Source of the DNA: Rebecca billardiae RCC1528
Lineage: Eukaryota; Protista; Haptophyta
DNA length: 64,000 nt
Reading direction: 5' to 3'
Assembly: GCA_965240325.2 (NCBI GenBank)
Contig: OZ251238.1
Location: 372,001-436,000 of the forward strand
Position numbers and translations under genes: made by a program. The notes below the pieces were generated by a model. The model worked only from the letters and a program-made list of their open reading frames with translations. It made no database searches and was not told the origin of the DNA. Below are positions 33,304 through 44,076 of this stretch, one piece after another (position 1 is the stretch's first letter; every line of letters starts with the position of its first letter).

Positions 33304-35881
33304 CCGGCTCTTGGAATCTGCTGAGGGACCTGCGTACACTGTGGGCGCTCAGCCTCAGGGGACCTGCCAGCGTAACGGCCTAACGGGCGTAACGGCCAAC
33401 GGGTTACGCGTAACGCCGTAACTGTGTCGCACGGTCGCAGACTCGCAGCGTACAAGTCACACACTCTTGATCAACTCTTGTGCGGTTGTGCCTTAATTGA
33501 GATCTACATTGACAATCGATAATATGATAGATAACAGATTGACAGACAGTACTAGTCGTACGTCGTCAGACACTACTTACTGAACCAACGGACCGTACAC
33601 GGTACTTCAGAACTTCCGCGGCCGGCCGCGCCCGGGCCCGGGCGGGCGCACCCACGATGCCCCGACGAGACGCGAGCGAGAAGGCGACGTGCGAGGGCTG
33701 CCAATACGAGTTCTGCGCGAAGAACCTGGCGAAGCACAGGCGGTTGTGCGCAGCCTACGAGGCGCTACTCTCGAGGCAGCAGCAAGCTTTCGCTGCGTTT
33801 CACGGCTTCAAGCGCGGCGCGGTTGAGCTCGCGTCCGACCCCATCGAGGACGCGGACTCTGACGATGACGATGCAGGTGCTGCGGACGCAGCGCGCGCGG
33901 ACCCGAGGCGCCGGCGCATCGACGAATCCGGCGACGTCCAGTCCGCCAGCTGGACGCCGCCAGAGCCGCGGGCGAGACAGCCCAGCTGGACGCCGCCAGG
34001 GCCGCGGGCGAGCGCGGCCGACGACTGCGCTGCTGCCGACGCACTAGATTTGACTCAAGCAGACAGCGACGGCAACGGTGATGACGCGTCACACGCACTG
34101 CTGCCGCCCTCGAGCCACGGGTCGCTGCTCATGCAGATGGCGCGCACCAGCGAGCAGATGAGCCGTCGACGCGTCCCTCCCTGAGCAAGAGGTGAACTCA
34201 CTGCTGCGGGAGTGCGATGCTGCCCCTCGCGCCTTTATCGAGCTCCTCCGTCAAGGCGTCAACTCGCTGGCGACCTGCGCCGAGGCGCCGTGTCGCGCGT
34301 GATGCCCGCGCCGGCCGGCTCGCAGCAGCTTGGCGTGCCCGCTCTCGAGTTCCTGCGCGCCAACATGGCCGACCTCGAGAACTGCACGCCGCAGCTGATT
34401 CGCGAGCACAAGGCGATCTCGCTGACGCTGCCCTCGGAGCTGCGGCTCGGCGCAGCTTTCCGCCGCGAGTTCCCGATGATCGAGTCGAAGCCCAAAGCGG
34501 AGGAGGCGCGGCGCGCGATCAAGTTCGCGCTGAACGGCGTCGCCGAGATGGCGAAGCGCATCGCTGACAACTACGAGCTGCGCAGGTTTCGGCAGCAGGG
34601 CAGCGCCGAGCATCTGCTCGCTGCGATGGCGGGCTGCCTCGACCTGCGCAAGATGGCCAGCTTGAGCGTCGAGGGCGAGCAGTACCGCGCTCATGCTGCT
34701 GGACATCTGCGCACCCTCGCCGGCTGGGCGCGCCCGTCTGCCGGAACGCCCTCCGGCTCCGCGCGCGGCGCGCGCACCGTCGCCGACTTTGTCGGCGCGC
34801 CCGACTCTGCTTCCCGGTGGCACGGCATCACGCTGCCGCGAGACGAGGTGGTCGTCGGCGAGTTCAACGCGCTCTGCCGCTTGCTGATCGACGCGAGTGA
34901 GCTGCACCGCGCGCGGTGGCTCGGGGCGACCAGCTCGGCCGTGCTCGCGCAGGACGTCTTCTCTCTTCCCAAGTTCTACGAGTGCTGCCTCAGCTACCTC
35001 TACCTCTTCCAGCACTGCGCGCTCAAGGGCGCGTCTGAGGCGGTCGTCGAGGGCATGGGAGGCGTGTGGGACCGCTGCGCGACGCCGGGGCGCCACCTCT
35101 CGTTCAAGGCGGGCGTCGAGGAAGCAGTGGTCTGCTGGAACGCGCGCCCAAGCCGCACCTCGCCGAGTGCATCCCCTTCCTCGATCGCGCGCTGTCGATC
35201 CACTTCAAGGGCAGGGCGTGGCACTTCACGCACACCTCCGCGGCCACGCGGAACCGCGCCGAGCAGAGCAAGGTCGTGCAGAAGCACGGGCGCGGAGGGT
35301 CCAAGCTGCCCGCTGACATCTCGAAGGTGCACGGTGGCACGCGCGCGGCGCGCCCGCCGCCCAACACGGCGCCGGCGCGCGTGTGCTGACATCCCCCTGC
35401 CCCGTGCTCACGCCTGCGCAGTGAGCGCCCTGCGCTTGTCGCTTGCGCCAATGTCGGCATCGAGGTCTACATCACGCAGCCCCGCGCCCGCCGCCCCTGC
35501 GGGCCAGCGCGCACGAAAACAGCCATAACTCTTCACCATCAACTCGGATCGAGGTGCGGATTGAAGCATTTGCATCGTAAGGGCCTCGCGCGTCTTTTTG
35601 GCGTGTAGCGCGCGGCTCTGCGCGCCGCGCGCGCCTGCGGCGCGCGCGGCGCGCCGCTCCACCAGCAACGCAACTCAGCTCACCAGACACTCACACTGCG
35701 TCGGCGCGCGCTGCGCGCGCGGCGCGCCGCGCGCGCGCGCGCTCAGACCGCGTCGTGCACTCAGACACTGACAGACGACAATCTGTCACACTAGGGACCT
35801 TCCGTATCAGGAACCTGCGCAGGTCCCTCCCTCAGGGGCCTGCGTATGAAATACGGACGTTACGCCTTTTCCAAGAGCCGG
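33304..35881. mobile_element. TIR element carrying a transposase-like pseudogene, inserted into the last satellite unit
   Basis: 13-bp TIR CCGGCTCTTGGAA (33304-33316 / 35869-35881); ~8-bp TSD CGGCCGGG vs CGGGCCGGG; satellite unit resumes at 35884; subterminal GGGACCTGC and CGTAAC motifs at both ends. Confidence 0.8.
33657..35389 (+). pseudogene. Frameshifted, probably internally deleted transposase-like gene (N-terminal C2HC zinc finger; hAT-like C-terminal region)
   Basis: CEGC-x11-H-x3-C; coding-like sequence changes frame near 34160, 34285 and 35142; SEAVVEGMG...WNA/PKP...ALSIHFKG.AWHF resembles the hAT C-terminal dimerisation region (recognition, not a search result). Confidence 0.6.
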
Positions 35882-36009
35882 CGGGCCGGGCTGGGCCCGG
35901 ACTGTCCGGCTGCGGCGGGCACCCGGCCGCCCTGCTGCTGGCATTCAGCTACCTATAAGTATTGCGGCAGCCGTGGGCGACGGCCCCAGAGGGCGTTTGC
36001 CACCCTCGC

Positions 36010-36096
36010 CTCTCATTGGCTCTCGGCCCCTGGGGGCTGCCCTCTCATTGGCTCCCGGCTGGGGCCCGGGGCCCGGGCTGCCCTGTCATTGGCTCC
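36010..36096 (+). repeat. Right subterminal repeats (CT(C/G)TCATTGGCTC x3)
   Basis: Three copies just inside the right TIR of the 12.7-kb element. Confidence 0.65.
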
Positions 36097-36426
36097 CCCG
36101 GGGGGGGTGGCAAATACACGTGTCTCAGGACCGATGGCACGGTGCCGTGCCGCTGAATAATTATGCGCCAGTCGTGCAGCGCTGATGATGAGACTATCGT
36201 CAGACTCGATCATGATGAAGTCTGCACACAATAATGACGAGTCAGTGTGAGTGCATGACTGAGATCGGACCGCGCCGCAGCGCAGATCACGTATCGTCCG
36301 CCGCCAAGCGCCGTGGAGTCGCAGCCCGCTGCGCTTGGGCAGTGGGCGCCATCGTGACAGCGAGTGCTCGCGACCGTCCACGCCCCTCCTGGGCCTGGGA
36401 TCAAGTGGACACGAAGCTCGGCCGCC

Positions 36427-38101
36427 TCACCCCACCAGCTGCTCCTCGTCGCCATGCAAGAGGCTCGCGCGCGGGAGCGGGACCTGCTCGCCCGCGCGGC
36501 CGCCCGCGGGTGCGGCCACGTACACAGGGGATACGACGCGCACGGATTTCACGATGTCGCCGGTCTCGATGCTGGGAAGCACCTCTAGCCCGCTCGTCAC
36601 GTACCCGACGCAGCTGAAGCGGCCGTCGAGGTAGGCAAACCTCGAGCTGCCCGCGGGGCGCTTGTCGGGCGAGCCGTAGTAACGCTCGGGGTCTGCGGTG
36701 GACTTTGCGGCGGGCGTCTTGTCGGAGCGCGCAGTGGCTGGCGGCGCCTTCGCGCTGCCCGCCCGCCCGCTCTCGGCGACGCTCGGCGCGCGCGGCAGCG
36801 TGATCAGCCAGTCGCTCGAGGCGCCGTCAGGCACGCCCTCGGGCCGAAGCATCCCCACCGCACCCGGCACGCTGAATGGCAGGGCGACCCTGCCGGGCGT
36901 CCAGCGCGGCTGGGCGGGCGAAGGCAGCGCGCCCCCGAGCAAGCCGCGCGCGGGCGGGATCTCGAGCGGGATCCTGCGCGGCTCACGCGTCTTCGGCTCG
37001 ACGAACACCGTTGGCACCTTCCCAAGCCCCCCCGAGCGCACGACTGCGCGCACACCGCGCACGCCGCAGCGGAGTGGGGCGGGGCGGCGCGCTCAGAGCT
37101 GGCCGTGCGCTGGCCCCGCACGCGCGCCCAGCGGTGGACGGCCCGGACAGAAGGGGGCGGCGCGTGGGCCCACGCGCGCGCGCGCGCGCGCGCGCCGACG
37201 CACCATTCGCGCCGGCCGGGCGCGAGAGCGGCAGCTTGTCGTAGAAGCGGCGCAGCGCGAGGTCGACGAGCTCCCCGCCGTTGAGAGGCGCGCTGTACCC
37301 GTCCACGCTGATCGTCACCTCCGCGCGGCACGCGCCGGAGGAGAAAGGGCGGGCGCACCGGGCCGCGCGCTCGATCTCGCCGTCGTCCGCGATGCGCGTG
37401 TCCCGCCGCTCGAGCTCGAGCACCAGGTCGACGCGCCCCTTCAGAACGGGCAGCTCTGGGTGAGCCTCGTGCGCGCTGGTAGCGGCCGCCGAGTGCGCGC
37501 GCGCGAGCGAGTCGGACACCGAAGCGAGCGCGACCTCGGCGGCGGAGTCGAAGGCCGTGCCGTCTCGTTCGGCCGCGGCGCGCGCCACCGCCCGCAGCTG
37601 CATGCGCAGCTTGTCCCCGCCGTCCTTGCCGAGCTCGGCCGCCGCGCGATCGAGCTGAGCAAGCTGCAAGCCGACCAGCTCCCACTGCGAGCGGTCTGGG
37701 GAGGTGCGCGACGAGCGGGGCAGGGGCGAGCCGTCGGGGCGCACGCCGACGATCTCCTGCTCCGCCTCGAGCAGCGCCAAGCGCGCCGCGCTCAGCGCGC
37801 GTAGCCTCGTCGGCAGCGTGGCTTCCAGCACACGCTTCGACTCGCTCGGTTTGGCCGGCTTGGCCACCGCGCGCGCGAGCGCCGGCGGCGTGGAGGCGAG
37901 CACGGGCGGCGGCTGGGGGATCCAGATGCACGTGTGCGACACGAGGCACGCCGCCGACAAGGCGCGCGCGACGAACGGCGTGATGGTCATGGCAGCGGAC
38001 GCGCGTGCCGAGCGCTCAAGCCAACGGCTTGCTGACGAGCATGCCGCGTGGCAGCGCACGGCCGGCCGCCGAAGCCCGCGCGAGCAAGGGGCGCCATTCA
38101 T
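36427..38101 (-). CDS. CYP37/CYP38 (TLP40)-like plastid cyclophilin-domain protein; intron 37044-37203; alternative start 37990
   Basis: PELPVLKGR, VDGYSAPLNGG..VDL..R.FYD, R.IPLEI, LPFS.PGAVGM, LDGRFSCVGYV. Confidence 0.8.
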
Positions 38102-38220
38102 TTATTTATTCGTTCCAGCCACGTCCGGACTGGCCATGGCCAGGGCGGAGTGGCGGACTCGCTTGCGTACGATTGCAGATGGTGAACGCATGCCGGCGTG
38201 ACGGCGAGCCTCGACGCATC

Positions 38221-39381
38221 ATGCTCATCCCGACCGCGGCGCGCACGGTGGCACTGGCCCTGGTCTTCTTCCAGTGGTCACGCGCAATGCCTGGCTCGTC
38301 CGCCACGCCTGTGCGCCACGCAGACGACCCTGTCACCGCCGAGGCGGTGGAAGACGGCGCGCGCCGGCTCGCGCCCGCGGTGGCTCGTGGGCGCGTCGCG
38401 CCCGCTGCGGCCCGCGGGACGAGCAGCGCGTCCGCGCAGCCGGGCGACGCGCATTCTCAAGAGATCCTGCGCAAGAGCCGCTCGGACGTGCGCTTCAGCA
38501 CCGACAAGTTTGATATGCACAAGTACGAGACGATGTACGGCCTCTTCCTCGGCCCGCTGCGCGGCGTGCGGGGCCTCCGGATGCTGGAGATCGGGCTGGG
38601 GTGCACGATGGGCTACGGCCCGGGGCGCTCGGCCAACTTTTGGAGGGCGTGGCTTCCGGACATGGAGCTCTGGGAGGCGGAGGTTGACGCGGCGTGCGTG
38701 CGCGCACAGACCGCGGCCGGGAAGCTCGCGGGCATTCACACGCTCGTGGGCTCGCAGAGCGACTCGCAGACGCTCAGGAGCTGGGTGCAGCAGATTCGCG
38801 CGGGCGCGCGCAGCGGTCCCCGCGGCGACGCGAGCGGGCTCGACGTCATCATCGACGACGGCTCGCACCGCAGCGTGGACATCCTGCGCACGTTTGGCGC
38901 GCTCTGGGAGGAGGCGCTCAACCCGGGTGGCCTCTACTTCATGGAGGACCTCCATGCAGCCACGCCTGTCGGGCGCAGGCCGCAGTGGGAAGAGAGCGGT
39001 GGGGAGCACGTGGTGCCAGATGTGCTCTCGTCGTGGGCTGAGCAGCTCGCCTCCACCCGAGGGCTGCAGTCCGGCGGGAGGCTTCGGCGGAGCGGGGGGG
39101 CGACGACGACACAGCAGGGTCCGCAAGTGGCGCACGATGAGCTCGAGACGCGCGCGCGCGCAGCCAAGCACCCGCTCCCGCGCTTCATCAAGTTCGTGCT
39201 CTGTCAGCCCGAGGCGTGCGTCGTGGCCAAGTGCACGGCCAGGGAGATGCGGGACGACTGCCGCAAGGGTCACGGCAGCGGCCACTGTTGCGCAACCAAG
39301 CAGCCGCCAAGAAGCGCCTCGAGCGACATCTACGCGAACATCACAGTCGTGCAAAGGCCATCACGGTTGGCAGCGCGGTAG
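38221..39381 (+). CDS. Secreted/anchored class I SAM-dependent methyltransferase (MycE-like family)
   Basis: TDK...HKY..MY, MLEIGLGC, DVIIDDGSH and PGGLYFMEDL motifs; N-terminal hydrophobic segment. Confidence 0.82.
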   Translation: MLIPTAARTVALALVFFQWSRAMPGSSATPVRHADDPVTAEAVEDGARRLAPAVARGRVAPAAARGTSSASAQPGDAHSQEILRKSRSDVRFSTDKFDMHKYETMYGLFLGPLRGVRGLRMLEIGLGCTMGYGPGRSANFWRAWLPDMELWEAEVDAACVRAQTAAGKLAGIHTLVGSQSDSQTLRSWVQQIRAGARSGPRGDASGLDVIIDDGSHRSVDILRTFGALWEEALNPGGLYFMEDLHAATPVGRRPQWEESGGEHVVPDVLSSWAEQLASTRGLQSGGRLRRSGGATTTQQGPQVAHDELETRARAAKHPLPRFIKFVLCQPEACVVAKCTAREMRDDCRKGHGSGHCCATKQPPRSASSDIYANITVVQRPSRLAAR

Positions 39382-40623
39382 CGGACGTACACTTGGGATG
39401 AACGTCACTCCGACGACGCGCGATGACGAGCGAGGACATCATCCATCAGCACCGGTTCTTCTTGCAGTGGCGGGCGCCGTCGTGCAGCATACGGTATCGG
39501 TACGCGCGCTTATTTGACACTGCCAGCGCACCCGCGTCACGTCGATGACACGCGTGGAATCCGATTATCCGAATCGTGCCGGTCGTGGAAGATTTGCTGC
39601 TAGGCCTATAGCTAGCGGTATAGCTAGCTAGTAGCTGACGACGAAATTCTGCTGATCGATGACACTTATACGACGACGTAGCAGCCGTTGAAGAGTGAAG
39701 ACTAGTGTAGTAGCCTGTAGCCCTGTAGGACGGGGCCCGCGGCCACTGCCCGCGGCGTGGCACTGGCTCAGGCTGCCGGCCACTAGCCGGGCGGGCAGAC
39801 TTCGGGCTGGCAAGCTGCTCATGAGTCTGATGCTGAGTCTGCTGTACCAGTGTACTGGGGACGGGTACCTGGCCTGACGGACCAGCTTCGCACTGAATGA
39901 TAGCATCTCAGCAATGCGACCTTACGGTGATGAGTAACAGTGATCTAGCTGATAATATCAGCTGCAGTCACAGCCTGGTCGGCGCCTACGTGCCGTTTGA
40001 CTTTGAGACCGGGACCGCGGACCGTACTTGTACTGCTGACGATCGCACTACTTGTACTGCTGACGACCAGTAGGTGGCTCTCGTCGGCACTGTCAGCACG
40101 ATGCTGGCAGCGGCCACCGGCAGGCGGCAGTGAGCTACCTGGACCGGGGGCATCACCCGTCGATTCATCGATCACCCCGATTCACGCCGCGCCTGGCCGC
40201 TACAGCCATACGACTAGCCGTCCATGAGGGTGCACTCATGGAGCGGCGCCCCGGTGCACATGGACGGCTGTAGGGCGCCTCGGGGCTGGCCGTCGATTCT
40301 CAACACGGGCGTACTCCAGGCCCTCCCGGCCGGATGAGCCTGTGCAGCACGTTGCAGCGTTCGCGCGGGCATCAGACTCTTCTTCGCTTCTCCCGACCAC
40401 CCGACGCCGCCACTGGCGACACGGCCGCTCAGGAAGCTTCGACGAGCAGAACTGTCGCGGCCATCGTCAAACGGTCAAAGATTCCCACAGCAAAACGCGC
40501 GCACACGGCACAGCACGTTCGATGCGCCGAAAGTCGGCAGTGTCGGGGAGTGACTTCCGGGTTATGGCGCGAAGCTCGCGAAGCCCTATTCTTTAACCGC
40601 ATATCCCCATAATAAAGTTAGGC

Positions 40624-41728
40624 CAAGGGTAGTAAGGGTGAGCAACTCCGCTGGCGACAGCCGCGAAGGTCGGCAGCCCTCTGTTTGCCGCGAGCGGAGC
40701 GGAGCGAGTGCTATCAGCGGCGGAGGGCGCTGAGGCCGCGCACGGCGTGAGGCGCGGCGTCGGCCGAGTCGGTCCGCGGAGGATGCGCGGCGCTCGGCCC
40801 GCTGCGCAGCGGCAGTGCGCCTCACTTTGCCCCGAGCGCCGTCCTCCGCGTCGCCTCCTTCCCGCCTTGGAGCAGCACGCATGTGCGCGCCGCCACCTCG
40901 AAGGCGGCACGGGCTTGCTCAGACGACCGCGCGCGCGTGGCGCGCGACTTGGTCGGCTGCGCGCGCGCGCCGCCGCGGTGCAAGGTAGCGCCGCCGCATG
41001 CGCGCGCCGTGCCCGCGCGAGCCTTTGCTCACGGCCATCTCATGAGCGTAGTGCTCGCTTGTCTGCTTGCTCTCACGAATGATTTGCTGTGCCTCACGCT
41101 GGCACTCGTCGGGTCGATCAGCGAGGTGTTGAGTGACATTGGATACCCAGGACGAAGGCCTAGTCTTGTCTATTCCTTCTCAGCACGAATGCAAGTGGAC
41201 GCTAAGGCTCCGCATCGATGGTACCAACACTCACGCCGCTGTCTTTTCCAGCTTCCCGTCAGTCCGCAAGTCGGATGCCAAGCAGCATTCGACATGTGTG
41301 TGAGGTCGCACTCAGGTCCGCGCACACGCTCTCGCGCTGGCACGGCGCGCGCATGCGGCGGCGCTACCTTGCACCGCGGCGGCGCGCGCGCGCAGCCGAC
41401 CAAGTCGCGCGCCACACGCGCGCGGTCGTCTGAGCAAGCCCGTGCCGCCTTCGAGGTGGCGGCGCGCACATGCGTGCTGCTCCAAGGCGGGAAGGAGGCG
41501 ACGCGGAGGACGGCGCTCGGGGCAAAGTGAGGCGCACTGCCGCTGCGCAGCGGGCCGAGCGCCGCGCATCCTCCGCGGACCGACTCGGCCGACGCCGCGC
41601 CTCACGCCGTGCGCGGCCTCAGCGCCCTCCGCCGCTGATAGCACTCGCTCCGCTCCGCTCGCGGCAAACAGAGGGCTGCCGACCTTCGCGGCTGTCGCCA
41701 GCGGAGTTGCTCACCCTTACTACCCTTG
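40624..41728. mobile_element. Foldback DNA transposon (P/Galileo-like), family B copy 2
   Basis: 398-bp arms (40624-41021 / 41331-41728); exact 7-bp TSD GTTAGGC at 40617-40623 and 41729-41735. Confidence 0.92.
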
Positions 41729-41849
41729 GTTAGGCATACAGTATGTCCAGTTGTCCACGCAGTCACGGACGACGCGAAGACGGGTGGGCAGGCGGGGGAA
41801 TCCGCGACGCATCGTCACCAACGCGAAACGTAGCTCCGTCCTCTCGCGA

Positions 41850-43214
41850 ATGTCGCCTCCCGCCCTCGCCGCCGATAGCGCCCTTGGCGCCGATCCGCCC
41901 ATGCAGTCTACCGTCCCGGCGAAGCGAGCGCGTGTGGACGACGGTTCGTCGAACAGCGCGTGTGAGGCGCGCGCCATCATCCACGAGTACGAGTCCGTCG
42001 CCAACCCGATGATGCCGAGCGTTCCGGTGCGCGAGTTCCCCGCCTCCAAGCACGAGACGGGCAGCACAGGCATCGTGCACTTCGACCTGGCGGCCAGCCT
42101 CGAGGTGCCGAGCCCGGCGACGTCGCCAAATATGCTCGCGGCGTACGTGCGCGTCGACGTCGGCGAGTCGTGCGAGACGCCGGTGACGGCCACGTCGTCT
42201 GTTTTCTACGTGATCCGCGGCTCGGGCACGACGCGCATCGGCAACGAGCGCATCACGTGGGGTCCGGGCGACCTGTTCGCCACGCCGTGCGATGAGAGCA
42301 TCGTGCACGAGTGCACGGCCTCCGAGGCGCACGGCTCGGCCGCGCTGTACTGGATCAGCGACGCCCCCCTGCTCACGTACCTCGGCGTGGCGCCCTCCGG
42401 CCGCCGGTTCGAGCCCATCCTCTTCCGCTCGGCCGTGATGCGCGAGCGCGTCGAGGCGATCAGGCACGGGCCCGGGCTGGAGCACAAGAACCGCGTGGGC
42501 ATCCTGCTCTCCTCGCCCGCCACGCCCGCCACCAAGACGGTCACGCACACCCTGTGGAGCCTGCTCAACGTGCTGCCGTGCGTCGCGCCGCTCAACGTGC
42601 AGAGGCCGCACAAGCACAACTCGGTCGCTCTCGACCTGTGCGTCTCGGCGAAGCCCGGCACGTGCTACACGCTGATGGGGCGGCAGCTCGACATCAACGG
42701 CCAGATCATCGACCCGATCCGGTGCGACTGGCTCGCGGGCAGCTCGTTCATCACGCCGCCCGGCTGGTGGCACAGCCATCACAACGAGGGCGACGAGGAC
42801 GCGTGGGTGCTGCCCGTGCAGGACGCCGGGCTGCTCACGCACCAGCGCGTGCTCGACATCCGCTTCGTGGACGAGGAGATCGCGCTGATCAAGCAGGGCA
42901 TGAGCCGCGGGGTCACCTACAAGTGCGTGCGCGCCACGCACCGGACCGCGCCGCCCTGCGACGGCTGCGCCGCGCCATGGCCATCGGTGGTTGACTCGTG
43001 CTGCGCCGCGCCGGGATGTCGGATGTGCCCCGGCTCGGTGTCACAGGTGCTCCCTCGATCTCTGAGGCTGGCGGATTGTCCATGTTCCGATGATAATCTG
43101 AGATCTCGCCCTCGGGCTAGGATGACTGCGGAGCTCGGCTGGGTGCATGGCCGCGCCACGGCCCTCGGCTTTCAGTCCTCGGAAGCGGCCCTCAGACTCA
43201 CAGTGACAGCTTGA
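41850..43214 (+). CDS. Bicupin, gentisate 1,2-dioxygenase-like (3' end possibly spliced near 42923)
   Basis: ATSPNMLA, FYVIRGSG, W..GDLF..P, QRPHKHNSVALD and TPPGWWHSHHN motifs. Confidence 0.82.
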   Translation: MSPPALAADSALGADPPMQSTVPAKRARVDDGSSNSACEARAIIHEYESVANPMMPSVPVREFPASKHETGSTGIVHFDLAASLEVPSPATSPNMLAAYVRVDVGESCETPVTATSSVFYVIRGSGTTRIGNERITWGPGDLFATPCDESIVHECTASEAHGSAALYWISDAPLLTYLGVAPSGRRFEPILFRSAVMRERVEAIRHGPGLEHKNRVGILLSSPATPATKTVTHTLWSLLNVLPCVAPLNVQRPHKHNSVALDLCVSAKPGTCYTLMGRQLDINGQIIDPIRCDWLAGSSFITPPGWWHSHHNEGDEDAWVLPVQDAGLLTHQRVLDIRFVDEEIALIKQGMSRGVTYKCVRATHRTAPPCDGCAAPWPSVVDSCCAAPGCRMCPGSVSQVLPRSLRLADCPCSDDNLRSRPRARMTAELGWVHGRATALGFQSSEAALRLTVTA

Positions 43215-43253
43215 GTCAGAAGCGCCGCGGCGCCCGCCGTTTTGCGTTCAGCA

Positions 43254-43686
43254 TAGTGGGGTCAGAGCTCCGACCGTTACACTCTCGGGTGCCACAATCT
43301 CCCGAAATCTCTTAGCATGAATTATCACACGGGTATTTACTTGGGCGAACTAGTTAGTAGGCGTTAAGGCTTAATTCCAGGGTATAGAATCCGCCTGTGC
43401 CAATTTCAGACTGCCAAAATGTGATCTAGACGGTGCGATTCTGGTGCAAATAGCGAGATCACCTGGGAGATCGTGTATCTCCCCTACTAATGTTGCCGAG
43501 ATCGCGTCGAGATTGAGGTCGTATATCTCCAATATGTGGCATTTTTTCGCAAAACTTGTCAGCGTGACCCCAGCTCATTTCAGGCGAATATTGACATCCC
43601 GAAGTTTGAGAGCCTCATCTCAAGACGACAGGAAGTTGGATTTTGGACCACGCACCCCCCAGTGGGGCTCTGACCCCTCTACTCTA
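43254..43686. mobile_element. MITE (~430 bp)
   Basis: 18-bp TIR TAG(T/A)GGGGTCAGAGC(T/C)CC; flanking direct repeat CGTTCAGCA (43245-43253 / 43687-43695) with an extra CTCTA duplication at the right end; AT-richer interior. Confidence 0.7.
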
Positions 43687-44076
43687 CGTTCAGCATCAAT
43701 CAGGCTCAAGCCGTGATGACTCAGTCTCAGCGCCCGTACGTAGACTAGCTTTCTAATAGCTAGTAGCTCTCGGAGCGGGAGTGACGACTGACGTCGAGGT
43801 GACGATACTCATCAGCAGTACGGTGCCGCTCAGGCCCGCCGGGCTGACTCTGTGAGTGGCTGCCGCCATCGGATTCGGCATCGCCCATCACTGAAGTCTG
43901 AATAACCCATCAGTGAGGGACCCATCACTGAATCATCACCCGTGATGAGCGGTGATGATGACACCTGGATGACGATATGACGAAACGTCGAAAGTACGAC
44001 GCCCTCGAGCTCGTCGTATAGATTTGGCGAGACGGGCGTGGTTACACGCGTTAACACGCGTTGGACACGTTGATAT

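Larger units (their letters stand above)
23436..36129. mobile_element. Large (12.7 kb) composite hAT-like element
   Basis: 25-bp imperfect TIR CATAAGCCACGTGCATTTGCCACCC vs reverse complement of right end CCTGAGACACGTGTATTTGCCACCC (21/25); exact 8-bp TSD ACCGATGG at 23428-23435 and 36130-36137; subterminal repeats at both ends; no conserved host genes inside. Confidence 0.8.

Noticed and set aside
28127-33464. 800-aa ORFs across the tandem array, and the idea of a CRISPR-like array
   Set aside because: The ORFs arise from a stop-poor GC-rich repeat that is open in several frames. The units are near-identical end to end, with no unique spacers and no cas genes.
40217-40269. Small hairpin AGCCGTCCATG...CATGGACGGCT
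   Set aside because: An 11-bp stem with no TSD or second copy seen; insufficient to call an element or RNA gene.
41442-41849. N-terminal extension of the cupin ORF from the transposon arm (likewise 9479-9862 for the ferredoxin)
   Set aside because: It uses a non-ATG start and low-complexity translation; read-through of a GC-rich arm is expected by chance.
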